A stretch of DNA of 64,000 nt from Octopus vulgaris. Lineage: Eukaryota. The DNA is taken from assembly GCA_951406725.2 (NCBI GenBank), contig OX597819.1, positions 118,544,001 to 118,608,000 on the forward strand, read 5' to 3'. A program made the translations under genes and the position numbers. The notes beneath the pieces were generated by a model, which saw only the letters and a list, made by a program, of their open reading frames with translations, ran no database searches and was not told where the DNA came from. The first letter of the stretch is position 1. The number at the start of each line of letters is the position of its first letter. Shown in pieces: positions 1-12,319 of this stretch.

Positions 1-49
1 TCTATCATATATATACCTATATCTGTATACATATCTATCTATCTATCTA

Positions 50-102
<53 letters not shown>

Positions 103-417
103 GTATGCATGTAAATAATTACACAAGTAGAAACACAGACACAAGTACACACACACACACACAAATATATATCTCGAATGTGCTTCTGCTTTAAAGCTCT
201 GGTCATGCTGGAGTACCACTGTTTGCAGTGCTGCACCATAACTTTAAATCTCCTCTGAAATGTAGCATTTTGTGAATAAAGGAATTTGTTGCCACCTCAC
301 ACACACACACACGCGCGCACACAAACACACACACACACACACACGCACACATATTTCAGGCGCACATATATTAAGTTGGACCTATTAATATAAATATATA
401 TATATTTGTACATAAAA

Positions 418-805
418 GGAGGCGCAATGGCCCAGTGGTTAGGGCAGCGGACTCGCGGTCATAGGATCGCGGTTTCGATTCCCAGACCGGGCGTTGTGAG
501 TGTTTGTTGAGCGAAAACATCTAAAGCTCCACGACGCTCCGGCAGGGGATGGTGGTGATCCCTGCTGTACTCTTTCACCACAACTTTCTCTCACTCTTAC
601 TTCCTGTTTCTGTTGTGCCTCTGTTTCAAGGGGCCGGCCTTGTAACTCTCTGTGTCACGCTGGATATCCCCCGAGAACTACGTTAAGGGTACACGTGTCT
701 GTGGAGTGCTCAGCCACTTACACGTTAATTTCACGAGCAGGCTGTTCCGTTGATTCGGATCAACCGGAACCCTCATCGTCGTAACCGACGGAGTGCTTCC
801 TCCTA
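418..805 (+). mobile_element. tRNA-derived SINE (GGAGGCGCAATGGCC-head family), full length
   Basis: A-box TGGCCCAGTGG near 428-438 and B-box GTTTCGATTCC near 472-482. 9-bp TSD TACATAAAA at 409-417 and 806-814. The same head recurs at 16165-16281, 33629, 35150 and 58522. Confidence 0.85.
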
Positions 806-1102
806 TACATAAAAAGACATCATCTGTCAATCTCCAACCTTTGCTTTCTCTTCTTTTGAATATATTTAATATATTTGATATATCTAATTTATCAGCATAA
901 TTGCCTATAAGTTGCCCATCTGCATACAAACACATAATCTCTCAAATTGAATTTCATTTAATGATTAATGTAATACACAATATCGAAAGAAACTTAGCCC
1001 ATAAAATCAGACAGACAGAAAGACAAATATACGCACATGAGCACTTATATACCTCAACCAATATTCATACGCACATACGCACATGTCTCTGTCTCCAGTT
1101 CA

Positions 1103-1112
<10 letters not shown>

Positions 1113-1200
<88 letters not shown>
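1113..1200 (-). repeat. (ATT)n tail of the adjacent LINE
   Basis: Perfect (AAT)n run lying directly 3' of the minus-strand LINE ORF and its short 3'UTR. Confidence 0.8.
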
Positions 1201-1201
<1 letters not shown>

Positions 1202-2570
1202 TGTGTACAGTGCTCAGGTGCACTACAACTCATCTAAAGTGTATATATAATCAGGTGTAGTTTCGACGGATTTCGGGAAGCATGAGGGCCTTAAAGGATG
1301 CAGTGTCATGACAGTCAACAACTGATGCAGGCAGTTTATTCCACGCTTCAGCAACCCTGAGCGTGAAAAAATGTTTCCGAAAGTCATGGGAGCTGTGCTG
1401 TTTTCTGACTTTGTAGGCATGTCCACGTGTGTTAGACACATGGAGATCAAAAAGGTGTTCAGTGTTGTTGTTGGTGAGGTGGTTGATAACCTTGTGGGTG
1501 TTTACCAAGTCCGTCGCCAGACTCCGGAGCTTCAGTGAATCCATGCCCAGGGAAACAAGGCGCTCAGAATATAGTAGGTGTCTGATGGAGGGTATGCGTT
1601 TGTTGCACGTCTCTGGACAGATTCCAGGAGGTCAATGTTCTGAGCAAGATAGGGATTCCAAACTGATGATGCGAATTCCAAGTGTGGTCGTACCATAGCT
1701 GTATACAGTTTTAAATAGATGGCTGGAGAGCGGCTAACAAAAGTCTTGCTGAGTGATGCCAAGACACCCTCGGCCTTCTTGACAATTTTAGAGATATGCT
1801 TTGTCCAACGCAAATCACTGCTGACAGTGATGCCTAGGTCACGCTCGCAAGTGGATTTCTTGATATCAGTGTTGTGGAGGGAGTATGTGGACGCAGGGTT
1901 TTTTCTCCCAAAATGCATGGTGGTACACTTGTCCACAGCCAGTTTCAGTTGCCAGTCTGTGATCCATTGCTGCATTGTGTCCAGGTCTGATTGCAGGAAA
2001 GAGTTGTAGGCATCAGGATCAGTCCTCTTGATTTCAAGGTACAGCTTGATGTCGTCTGCATATTTCAATACTGTGGCATTCTTTAAATTGGCATCTATGT
2101 CATTAATGTATGCCACAAACAGGAGGGGACCAAGGACAGATCCCTGTGGTACACCCGATGACATCTCATATGGTGTAGAGTGCTGTCCTAGAACTGTGAC
2201 TACCTCCTTTCGGCTGAGGATGAAGGATTTCAACCAGTTAAAAAGGTCATCCCCCAGACCCATTGCAGAGAGTTTCACCATAAGCCTTTTGTGTGGCACA
2301 GAGTTGAAAGCCTTAGCAAAGTCAAGGTAGACAACATCCACCCATGAGCCACTGTCAGTGATCTGAGTAATGTCCTCAAGGAACTCGACAAGCTGGTCAC
2401 TGCAGCTGGAGTTAGGGACAAATCCATATTGTGAGGGTCGGATGAGACTGTGAGAGCTCCAGAAGTTCCAGAGTATTTCTCTGACACACGATTCCATCAG
2501 TTTTGCAATACAGCTAGTGAGACTGACTGGGCGATAGTTGACAGGTGATGTGCGGTCACCCTTTTTGAAC
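1201..2570 (-). mobile_element. 5'-truncated CR1/L2/Jockey-group non-LTR retrotransposon (RT + C-terminus) with one frameshift
   Basis: Motifs NYRPVSLTS, LDFAKAF, GVPQGSVLGPLLF, YADD, ERDLGI, RPHLEFASSVWNP and FFTLRVAEAWNKLP. Adding one T at 1599-1601 fuses ORF 1532..2665 to ORF 1251..1544 (RRATKRIPSIRHLLYSERLVSLGMDSL). The ORF N-terminus before FKKGDR is microsatellite-derived. Confidence 0.93.
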
Positions 2571-2976
2571 ATATGTGTGTGCGTGCCAGCGTGTGTGTGT
2601 ATAAATATACACTTGTATATATTTGTGTGTGTACTTAAAAAGATAGATAATGTTGGAAAAGGCACAAACTTCTATTTTGCAGTTTGTTTAATATTTGTGT
2701 TATAGTGAGTGATTTAAAGTATAACCGGTTTCGATGTATTTCTCTCCTCCAGGGTTAACCAAAGGAAACAAATATATCAACCGCTTGTACCCATGTTTTA
2801 GTTCATAGGGAAATTGTTCTTAAGAGTCATTCCTTATAAGTGCCTTGGCTTAGCAGCCTGTGCAAAAGAAATATATATACGTCTTGTCTACGTAGGTTTG
2901 AGGTGGAGTTCAAGATTTCAGGTTTCAGGAATTCTATTGCAGAGAAGTCTTTTGAATTTTATACATGGTTTCTGTT

Positions 2977-3187
2977 TTTCTACTCTAGGCACAAGGCCCG
3001 AAATTTTAGGGGTGGGGGCCAGTCGATTAGATCGACTCTAGTACGCAACTGGCGCTAAATTTATCGATGCCGAAGGATAAAAGGCAAAGTCGACGTCGGC
3101 GGAAATAGAGCTCAGAACCTAAAGACTGTTTAAATACCGCTTAGAATTTAGCCCGGCGTACGAACGTTTCTGCTAGCTCGCCGCCTA
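2977..3187 (-). mobile_element. tRNA-derived SINE (AGGCGGCGAGCTGGC-head family; central GCCTTTCATCCTTTCGGGGTCGATAAA-type domain, Meta-SINE-like)
   Basis: Homologous to 3526-3760. 10-bp TSD GGTTTCTGTT at 2967-2976 and 3188-3197. Confidence 0.8.
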
Positions 3188-3259
3188 GGTTTCTGTTCAG
3201 GATGTGGCCAGCTGTGTGTTTTTAGAATATATTGACAAAAACATTAAAAAAAATATGAA

Positions 3260-3302
<43 letters not shown>

Positions 3303-3342
3303 TCATATACATTCTATTGGACGCCCATGAATACCCGAATAC

Positions 3343-3510
3343 TTATTTCTTTATTACCCACAAGGGGCTAAACACAGAGGGGACAAACAAGGACAGACAT
3401 AGGTATTAAGTCGATTACATCGACCCCAGTGCGTAACTGGTACTTAATTTATCGACCCCGAAAGGATGGAAGGCAAAGTCGACCTCGGCGGAATTTGAAC
3501 TCAGAACGTA
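3343..3510 (-). mobile_element. SINE of the same family, head missing
   Basis: Reverse complement matches about 3588-3755. Confidence 0.85.
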
Positions 3511-3525
3511 GATTAATATGCTTTA

Positions 3526-3760
3526 AGGCGGTGAGCTGGCAGAACCGTTAAGCACGCTGGGCGAAATGCGTAGCCTTATTTCGTCTGCCGTTACGTTCTG
3601 AGTTCAAATTCCGCCGAGGTCGACTTTGCCTTTCCTCCTTTCGGGGTCGATAAATTAAGTACCAGTTACACACTGGGTCGATGTCATCGACTTAATCCGT
3701 TTGTCTGTCCTTGTTTGTTCTCTCTGTGTTTACCCCTTTTGTGTAGTAAAGAAACAGTTT
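3526..3760 (+). mobile_element. SINE of the same family, full length
   Basis: tRNA-like head with B-box GAGTTCAAATTCC. 15-bp TSD GATTAATATGCTTTA at 3511-3525 and 3761-3775. Confidence 0.9.
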
Positions 3761-4100
3761 GATTAATATGCTTTATTTGTATATTGTATAGTTATGCATG
3801 TAACCATATTTTTGTTCCATTCTAAACAAAAATATCCGAAGAAAAGAAACGTAAATCTCTGAATAACAGTTTTTGAGATATTTCTCGTGCTCTATAATAT
3901 AATATATATATATATATATATATACATATATACATATATATATTCATATATATATATACATATATATATGTATATATATCAATATAGGGTAGCAAAAAAA
4001 TTCAAGAAAAAATTCAAGAAAAATTTTCTGCAACCAGCGGTCAAGTGAGAAAATAGAAATAGTCACAGACTATATAATATATTCAACAAAATATTAAGGA

Positions 4101-4281
4101 AAGACCCTTACAGTCATTCGACTCACTTGAAAAGAGCAGCCAAAACTCTAACCGCAAAAATAGTAGTAATTCTGAAAGCTAAATGAGAAATAAAATTGTC
4201 CTTTAGCTTTCAGAATTACTACTATTTTTGCGGTTAGAGTTTTGGCTGCTCTTTTTAAGTGAGTCGAATGACCTGTAAGGG

Positions 4282-4285
<4 letters not shown>
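4101..4285. repeat. Long inverted repeat (fold-back) with ~83-bp arms and 18-nt spacer
   Basis: 4101-4183 matches the reverse complement of 4202-4285 with 2 substitutions and 1 indel. Confidence 0.95.
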
Positions 4286-4332
<47 letters not shown>

Positions 4333-4396
4333 TAAATGAGGTACTCAGAAGATCGGATGTTTTATATTTACAGATATTCATTTGTATATTACATTT

Positions 4397-4434
<38 letters not shown>

Positions 4435-4956
4435 TATCACTTAGATCATTAGCGCTTTCTCCAATTCTAGTGGGGTTTTCAAATCAAACTAAGTTCCTGT
4501 GTGAGGAGCTTTGACCAATTTATAGAGTTTGTAGTGGTGGGGAGGAATATAAGACAGTACAAGAGGGTGATGGATGAGGAGAAAGTGCGAGAGAGAACAT
4601 GTGTGTATGTGTGTTTTTGTATTTGGGATGGTGCTAAAGAAAAAGAGGGGAAGGGAGAGGGAAGAAGAAGAAAATAATTTTTTCTTTTTTGGTCTGCTGG
4701 ACAGAATATTGACTCCAAGGGGGTTCTAAGGCCTTGGGGAAAAAAAGAAAGAATTTCAGTTTTGACCACTTCACGGTGTCACTGAGTGTGTGCTGGCAGG
4801 GAGGTAGGCCATAAATTATATTTCCTTTTATCATTGTGAGAGAGTGCGTGTGTGTGTGCGTGTGTGTGTGTGTGCGTGTGTGGGTGTCTGTGAGTTTGGA
4901 GAAGGGAAGAGAGAAAAAGAGGGAGGAAGGGGAAAAATTGTGTTGATATTTATACC

Positions 4957-5000
<44 letters not shown>

Positions 5001-5144
5001 CAGAAATTCGGGGTGAGTACTTGATAATTGTAAGCACCTGTATATGCTGTTGCCGCATTACGTCGTACGCGAATGAGAGGATTTGCATCCCTAACCAAGA
5101 ATATTTGATGTAATACATGTCCTTGAGGAAGTAGTTGTGCGCGG

Positions 5145-5214
5145 CTGAAGAAGGCCACAGACACACATTATGCATTGTTATAAATCCATCTAATAAAGGC
5201 CCGAAACATATGTA
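5145..5214 (+). ncRNA. Hammerhead-like motif with helix I disrupted
   Basis: CTGAAGA-AGGCC...GGCCC-GAA-ACATATGT-A. Stem III is palindromic and the triplet is GUA. It lies in an insert between (TA)n tracts. Confidence 0.5.
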
Positions 5215-5344
5215 CATAAAATTTTAATAATTTGAAACTGATTTATTGGAAGTCCACCTGAATCCTTGGCCTATTTATTAAAATTTTATGTTTTTATTTT
5301 TCCTTGATTAATTTTTTATATATATATATATATATATTTTTTCC

Positions 5345-5385
<41 letters not shown>

Positions 5386-5703
5386 TAATAAATAAAATAA
5401 AACATATGCATATATATAAACATATATGTACGTACCTACCTCTACATGTACATATACACGCATATATGAGTACAGGACACCAAAAGGACGTCGACACAAT
5501 GTGAAACGAAAACATAGACACAAAACAAAGGAACTGGACATTTATTGAAAAACAGCAAAATAATAGAGTACAGGACAATTAACACAAAGACATGCTTATA
5601 CATGAAATATTAGAAAAAAACCCCACCTTTTATCGATTCAAAATGAACAGTCAAATTACACCATCCTGAAAATTGCATATCATATATATCATATATATCA
5701 TAT

Positions 5704-5749
<46 letters not shown>

Positions 5750-5771
5750 CATACATACAAGTATATATATT

Positions 5772-5814
<43 letters not shown>

Positions 5815-5818
5815 ATAT

Positions 5819-5923
<105 letters not shown>

Positions 5924-6561
5924 AAATTGGGAGAGAGAGTGAACGTGGAAAGTGCTCACTTGTGCAAATGCAGTCGGTTGAAAATTCCGCTTATAGGCGC
6001 CAGTAAATTTCAGAGGTCATTAGGAGAAAGTGCACAGTTTTAGCTTTACTGCAAACTGGCCACCCCATATTCTTTTCTACCGTAGGTAGTAGGCCCGACC
6101 CCATATTTATATGGAGCCTCATTTACTCGATTGACAGAATAATATTTACCGTTAAGTTAATTTCAGGAACATCACCGCTGTTTTAAACTATTTACAATTC
6201 CTATGGATATATATATATATATATGTGCGGGCACGCGCGTTTGCGTATGCATGTGCATGTGTGTGTATACATATATCCAGAAACACGTATAATAAACGTT
6301 GACAGAAATGCATTAAAATAAATCGTATATGTTTGCTACACATAAAGAGAGGACACGCAGATCAGAGGAATTTCTTCTTCTTTCAGTAAATTAATAAGAA
6401 ACACCTGGCCAACGTTGAATTTATCGATGTGATATTTAATACAGTAATTCAATGTTAATTAACTTCCTCTACTTAAGAAATCAATTAAAATAACAACCAT
6501 ATTAATTAGAATTTACTTTGATATATGCAATACATACATAGAGATTGATAGATAGATACAT

Positions 6562-6686
<125 letters not shown>

Positions 6687-8208
6687 TAATCATTCATATG
6701 CAGATGTATATAATTAGTTAACACGTATATAATCTCTATGCATTTGTCGGTGGTCTTATATTTCGCATGTGTTGAATGTGGTGAGAAATCTCTACTAAAG
6801 AAACATGCGTAAAAATATACAAAAACACGAACGTTTAACGGATAGATAAATAATTAAGTGAAGACTTGAGGATATTGTAGCAAAGAACTTTCGTTTTATA
6901 TTCTATATATTCAGTTACTTCGTGATCTCTTTGAATTAATATTTCATTCTGTTAGAAGTTCAATCCCTTTGAAATTCTTTCTGTTTAAACGTGTTTCTAA
7001 CAGATACGTATCGTAAGGGATATCAATGCAATCTCTGTCATTCTCAATGCCACGGTGTGATCCTTCTCTCTTGTCGTTTACCACCCTCATTCATTGGTCG
7101 TTTTACTCAGTAATTCCTACCTTTTGAGAAATACGTCTCCCGAAATATCCTATGCTATTTGTAACTGAGACATGGTTCGTTCACTAAGCCTGTTTCATTG
7201 GTCGTGTTGCATCTGGTCCTGTCACGGTTGATCTATCGTGCGGGCACTCATTACCACAACTGAATATGTAGTAAATTACATTTTTATTTCGTTTTTGTAA
7301 AACTGTTAAGCCGGTTGCTTTGAAGTTCTATTTGAAATTTGATGGCGTTAAGGATATACATTTGTGTTGCTCATTACTCTGATATCCTCTCCAGAGACTT
7401 AGAATAAAGGCATTGTGCAGATATTTCCAAAACGCTGTGGTATGCTTTCAGAATTGCAATTCTCGGAGTTTATGTGCATCACATTGTGTCTAATTTTTCT
7501 TCTTGTAAATCAAGAGACCTTATATAATCTCCCTTATCCTCTGGACTTTTGCCCCCAAAACAATCTTAGCAGTAGTCATTTATATTTCCAGTGAGAGAAA
7601 CTAAACATTAATATGATAGATTAGCATTTTTTTCAGATTGGCCAGTTATTGTTCCTGTTCTTTTATACGTTGTTATTGGCATCGGAGCCGCCTTTGTTAT
7701 TGTAGATGTTTAGCACCTCTTTGGATCTCATTCAACTGATCTCTGATGAAATACGTGCGAGTAAGAAACATCGTGTTTGTCAATAAAATGCGCCATACTG
7801 CCCGATCTGCGTTTTGTTCACTCCAAACCAATATCTGATAAAACCGTTCCAAAAACGACCGTTCCACATTAATTTCTCACAATATCAAATATGTCATATA
7901 TTCGTTTTTAAGTTAGTATGATCTTCTAGAGTCGAATATATTTGATATTTCTATTACATCTGGTAATAAAGTAGACTCGCTAATGCATGATTTTGTGGAT
8001 GATATTGATGGTGGTTAATTTCTCTTTTCACCACCCGTATTAACATTACAGCTGTTAATTTTAGCTCTTTCCTTGTTTGCATAATATCTGTGCGTTTCCT
8101 CATTGTTGTTAATACTCATATTACATGTCATGGTTCTTCCGTCATTATTCGAATTACCAAAGCAGCCAACACCCATGTTTTTTTTTTCTATTTTGTACTG
8201 GTATCTCT

Positions 8209-8614
8209 CTCTTTACTCTTTTACTTGTTTCAGTCATTTGACTGCGGCCATGCTGGAGCACCGCCTTTAGTCGAGCAAATCGACCCCGGGACTTATTCTT
8301 TGTAAGCCCTGTACTTATTCTATCAGTCTCTTTTGCCGAACCGCTAAGTGACGGGGACGTAAGCACACCAGCATCTGTTGTCAAGCAATGCTAGGGGGAC
8401 AAACACAGACACACAAACACACACACATACATATATATATATACATATATACGACAGGCTTCTTTCAGTTTCCGTCTACCAAATCCACTCACAAGGCATT
8501 GGTCGGCCCGGGGCCATAGCAGAAGACACTTGCCCAAGATGCCACGCAGTGGGACTGAACCCGGAACCATGTGGTTGGTTAGCAAGCTACTTACCACACA
8601 GCCACTCCTGCGCC
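8209..8614 (-). mobile_element. tRNA-derived SINE (GGCGCAGGAGTGGCTGTGTGG-head family; CORE-like CTTGGGCAAGTGTC segment; internal TA/CA microsatellite)
   Basis: Head A-box TGGCTGTGTGG and B-box-like GGTTCAGTCCC. Homologous copies at 35491-35896, 42470-42753 and 52380-53300. Confidence 0.85.
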
Positions 8615-8768
8615 TATATATATATATTTTTTTATGATTTGCTTCATAATTGTCCTGGTAAAACAAATCTGTTATAGTACAATTATAAAAAAAAACTAAA
8701 AATTATATCTAGATCAAGAAATATTTCATCGAATAGCGGAAATGGTCTGAGTGATTGAACTTTCGATC

Positions 8769-8939
8769 CAATTCCTCATGCAGTTCTATATTTAGGAATG
8801 AGAACCAAGGTCCGAAATTTCACGAAAACATCTGATGAAGGCTGGGGGGGTATATCAGCCGAAACGTTGTGTTAACATCAAACAAGATGAGAACAAATAT
8901 CCGTCAATTGTAAATAATGTAAATAATGTGCAATTCCTC
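8769..8939 (+). mobile_element. Hammerhead-bearing SINE-like element, 5'-truncated copy
   Basis: Homologous to the reverse complements of 35910-36070 and 55993-56156. Confidence 0.8.
8827..8873 (+). ncRNA. Minimal type I hammerhead ribozyme
   Basis: AACAT-CTGATGA-A-GGCTG-(11 nt)-CAGCC-GAA-ACGT-T-GTGTT. Helix I is AACAT/GTGTT, stem II is 5 bp, stem III is the palindrome ACGT, and the triplet is GUU. Confidence 0.8.
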
Positions 8940-9675
8940 GCGGTAACTGCTACAAGTCTTTACGCTGTAGAACCCTGGTCTCTTTTAATTTATTCTAGTT
9001 AGCAATCCACGGCGTTGAAGAAGAGGAAATGTTAAAGCTGTAAATGGGGTGTTTTTACGGTGCCTGTCACATTTCTTGGCATTGTGAGAGAAGGGGAGCG
9101 ATGACACTATTGCCATGCAGTAGCCGTTTTGTCTTATCCTTGATCGGTAATTGCGGCATAGAATAGTGACACTTGAATAAAATGGGTGATTGATCATCAT
9201 GAAGGATAAAACTTCTCGATGACTTCTGTTTGTAAAGTAACTATTTATAAGCAGATAACCGTGGACAGTGGTGATTGAAGAATACCTCAAAGGTATTTCC
9301 TTTTTAAGATGGTGAAAAATTGTCAGAGGAAGTTTTGAAAAGCATCACCAATTTGTCAAGCGTGAGGCTTTGATTATACATATTGGCCGCAAAAATCCTT
9401 CGTACCGTTGCTCTATGACTCATCCACCTTGTCGGTTATCTAACATTCTGCTTCCCACGCCTTCATACCATCCTGATCACGGAGTTGGTGGCACTTAGCC
9501 ATGGTGCTACCTCAGTGTAAGAACCACGAGACGACCTATTCTTCCTTTTTACGGCCTGTTCATGATGTGGATGCCACAACATACCGATACACACGCGCAC
9601 AGATAAAAAAGATAGAACCAACATACATACACACCTCTATCCATCTATACATACTTACATAGATCCATCCATACA

Positions 9676-9707
<32 letters not shown>

Positions 9708-9739
9708 GCCAAATCAGCCAAATATCATACGTCGTTTCA

Positions 9740-11330
9740 ATAATTAACTGGAAAGAAAACGCTTTTGAATAAGCGTCAAAGTGACATTCTTGCTGATGTT
9801 GCACCTACAACGCCCAAAGAAATTAACAACTATATCAGGAAATTAAATCCAAGTTGTGAAAAGCGAAATATGAGATCGCAGATTACACAATTCATACTGA
9901 ATATTTCTTACTAAATACCGCCGAAAAGCAACAGGAAAACTATTCGCAGAAAAGTACACGTAACCTGGCTAAATGTATGCTATCATCCGTGAGCTGCAAC
10001 TTTTTTTCTTTATGCTTTTTTGTCAGTTGCCATTGTTATATACAGAAAACAGAATGGTGAAACGATTTTCTGAGATTGTAAATTATGGAGAAGCAAGAAA
10101 TACTTTTTTTCCCCTTCATCTTCGAAATGTCAATTCTTTTCACATACTTAAACAACAATGAATTAAATGTTCTAGTGTAGAAGATGGATACATTTCCCTA
10201 AGAGAATTCCTGAGAATAATCGTCGTAAACGGTATAAATTGAATTATGTATCACAGAAGGAGACTCACACAAAGAGTTCATTCAGACAGCTTTATGGAGT
10301 CTTCTTATAAAATGAAGTTTTATTAGAAGCGGACTACTTTACCCAATGCTCTTTCTTCGTCTAATTCATATATATTTTTTTTATTGCAAGAGCCTTAGAA
10401 TCATGTGGTATTTTCATCAAAGTGGCGATACACACAATGAATGATTTCTTAAGCTAGTTGAACGTTTGTAACATTAGGATCCGTATGTGAAGTCTATGTC
10501 AGGAAGGTCAAAGAAATCCAGGAAAAATAACCTGTTGAATCTATATTATTTGCCATTTGAATCACAAAATACATTTATTTCTCTACTTCAATCGCACTTT
10601 GGATCACGCACTGAAGGATCAAAAGCAAAATGCTATTCGGTGAGTGTTCATGCTACACCTGTACATATTGTATAGATATTTATCATAACCTATGTTCAAA
10701 GCATCTACTTTCAGTTTATGATTTAATAGGAGATAGGAAACTTCTAGAGACTTGTGGAAATAAATTCTGACGTTGCAACTCCTTTAAAAGAACCATTGAA
10801 TAAAGTGGTATTCGCATGGGAGAATGATGTAATCAGTGATATGATATCGGTGCCAAAATGGCAAAAAGAAAGGCCTTCAAAAGATATAAATAAAATGGCC
10901 CACTATATTCTTCTCACGTTTTTGATGCAGCACATTAAATAATTGCGTCGAGGATTCAACAGAATACTTTATTTAAAGTGCTACCTTTTTTTCTCAAAAT
11001 GAAGAAAATGTCTAATATTTTTCTGAGAAACAAAAAGATGTAGCAAAAAGTTTCATACACATAGACTGCCAATGATAGCATCTTATATCACTTACTCTAC
11101 GTTAAAAGCCATTCTAGGGGATGTAATAATTATTCATGGAGTCTTAATAGTATCTAACTGACTCATGCAGAATATTCGGAAGCTAAATCTAATATCTAAG
11201 AGCAGGAGTTAAATAACGCACCAATTAAATACGGGTCCTTTTCTAGATGCACTTACATATTACTTATCTGATTCAATACTTCTGCACACGCTAGCATCTG
11301 AGTAACTTAAATTCGACGTAGTGAACAGAA
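9740..11330 (+). pseudogene. Decayed coding-like block, copy 1 (unknown family)
   Basis: Collinear with 12320-13830. Shared peptides KT.L.K...V...KE.N.YI..LNP, LYTENR.VK, K.MSGR.KK, L.SHF...K.KCY.V and E.N.DVA..LK. Many stops and frameshifts. Confidence 0.55.
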
Positions 11331-11903
11331 GAAAAAGCATATATTTACCTATCAGTAATTTCAAGTAAATCTATATGTAAATGGAATGAAGTCAAATGAT
11401 GAATGGACGGAAGAAACCTTCATACATAATTACCATTGCATATTTAAATACATGTCGGCATGGAGGCTCTCTTCAGCAGTCATCTTACACATTCTTATAA
11501 ATGCGTCAAAGAAATTAAAACAAGTAGAAGAAAAGGAAAAGTTATAAGTAGATGAAAGTGGAAAATAAATAGGTAACAAAAAAAGGGGTTTCCATGTAAG
11601 AGTATGGAGAAAGACAAAGGAAGATAGCAGAATGGTTAAGAAATATATATAAGACACGTTATTACTGATAAAAGAGAAAAGAAAATAGCGGAAGGAAGAA
11701 AGGAAAAAAAAGATGACTTAGGAAAGGATATATAAAAGGAACAGGAAGGAGAAAAGTGTCTCTACTGAAAGGGGAGGTGTAAATACTAAGAACATTTTGT
11801 GGGGTCAACAACATGGAGGAGGAAAGATGTATGTGAGCATGAAAACACATATATGCTTACACACACACATATGTATAAATATATCTATCTAACTATATAT
11901 AGA

Positions 11904-11934
<31 letters not shown>

Positions 11935-11971
11935 GTACGTTGGCTAAACTAATATGACCATTCCGAAATAT

Positions 11972-12028
<57 letters not shown>

Positions 12029-12051
12029 CATTTATATATATATATATATCA

Positions 12052-12099
<48 letters not shown>

Positions 12100-12161
12100 A
12101 GATAGATAGATAGACATAGATAGATATTCAGATAGATAGATAGATAGATATATATATATAT

Positions 12162-12201
<40 letters not shown>

Positions 12202-12319
12202 ATACATATGTGTGTGAGTGTGTTTTTGTGGTGTACCTGTGTGGTTGTGTGGGTTTGTATATGTGGCGGTGTGTGTCTTTATGTGTGTGTGTGCATGTGT
12301 GGTGGGGTGATCCACCTTC

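Noticed and set aside
418-495. tRNA-like sequence (also other SINE heads)
   Set aside because: It has no complete cloverleaf or terminator and continues into a repeated SINE body with a TSD.
1429-2330. + strand ORFs 1429..1698, 1719..2009 and 2028..2330
   Set aside because: They are antisense shadows of the LINE RT frame.
2720-2760. Minus-strand CTGGAGGA..TC-GAAACCGGTT hammerhead-like string
   Set aside because: The core has an insertion, stem II is only 2 bp and there is no helix I, so it is too weak to call.
7400-7585. Possible RLE-LINE C-terminal remnant (IVLGA...RIAIL) on the minus strand
   Set aside because: Too degenerate to support without a search.
7738-7778. CTGATGA...GAAAC spacing resembling a hammerhead
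   Set aside because: Stem II is only 3 bp and off register, with no palindromic stem III and no convincing helix I.
9350-9420. IHIGRKNP LINE-like peptide; similar APE-like hints at 15805-16040
   Set aside because: Isolated short motifs. Probably old LINE debris, but boundaries cannot be supported.
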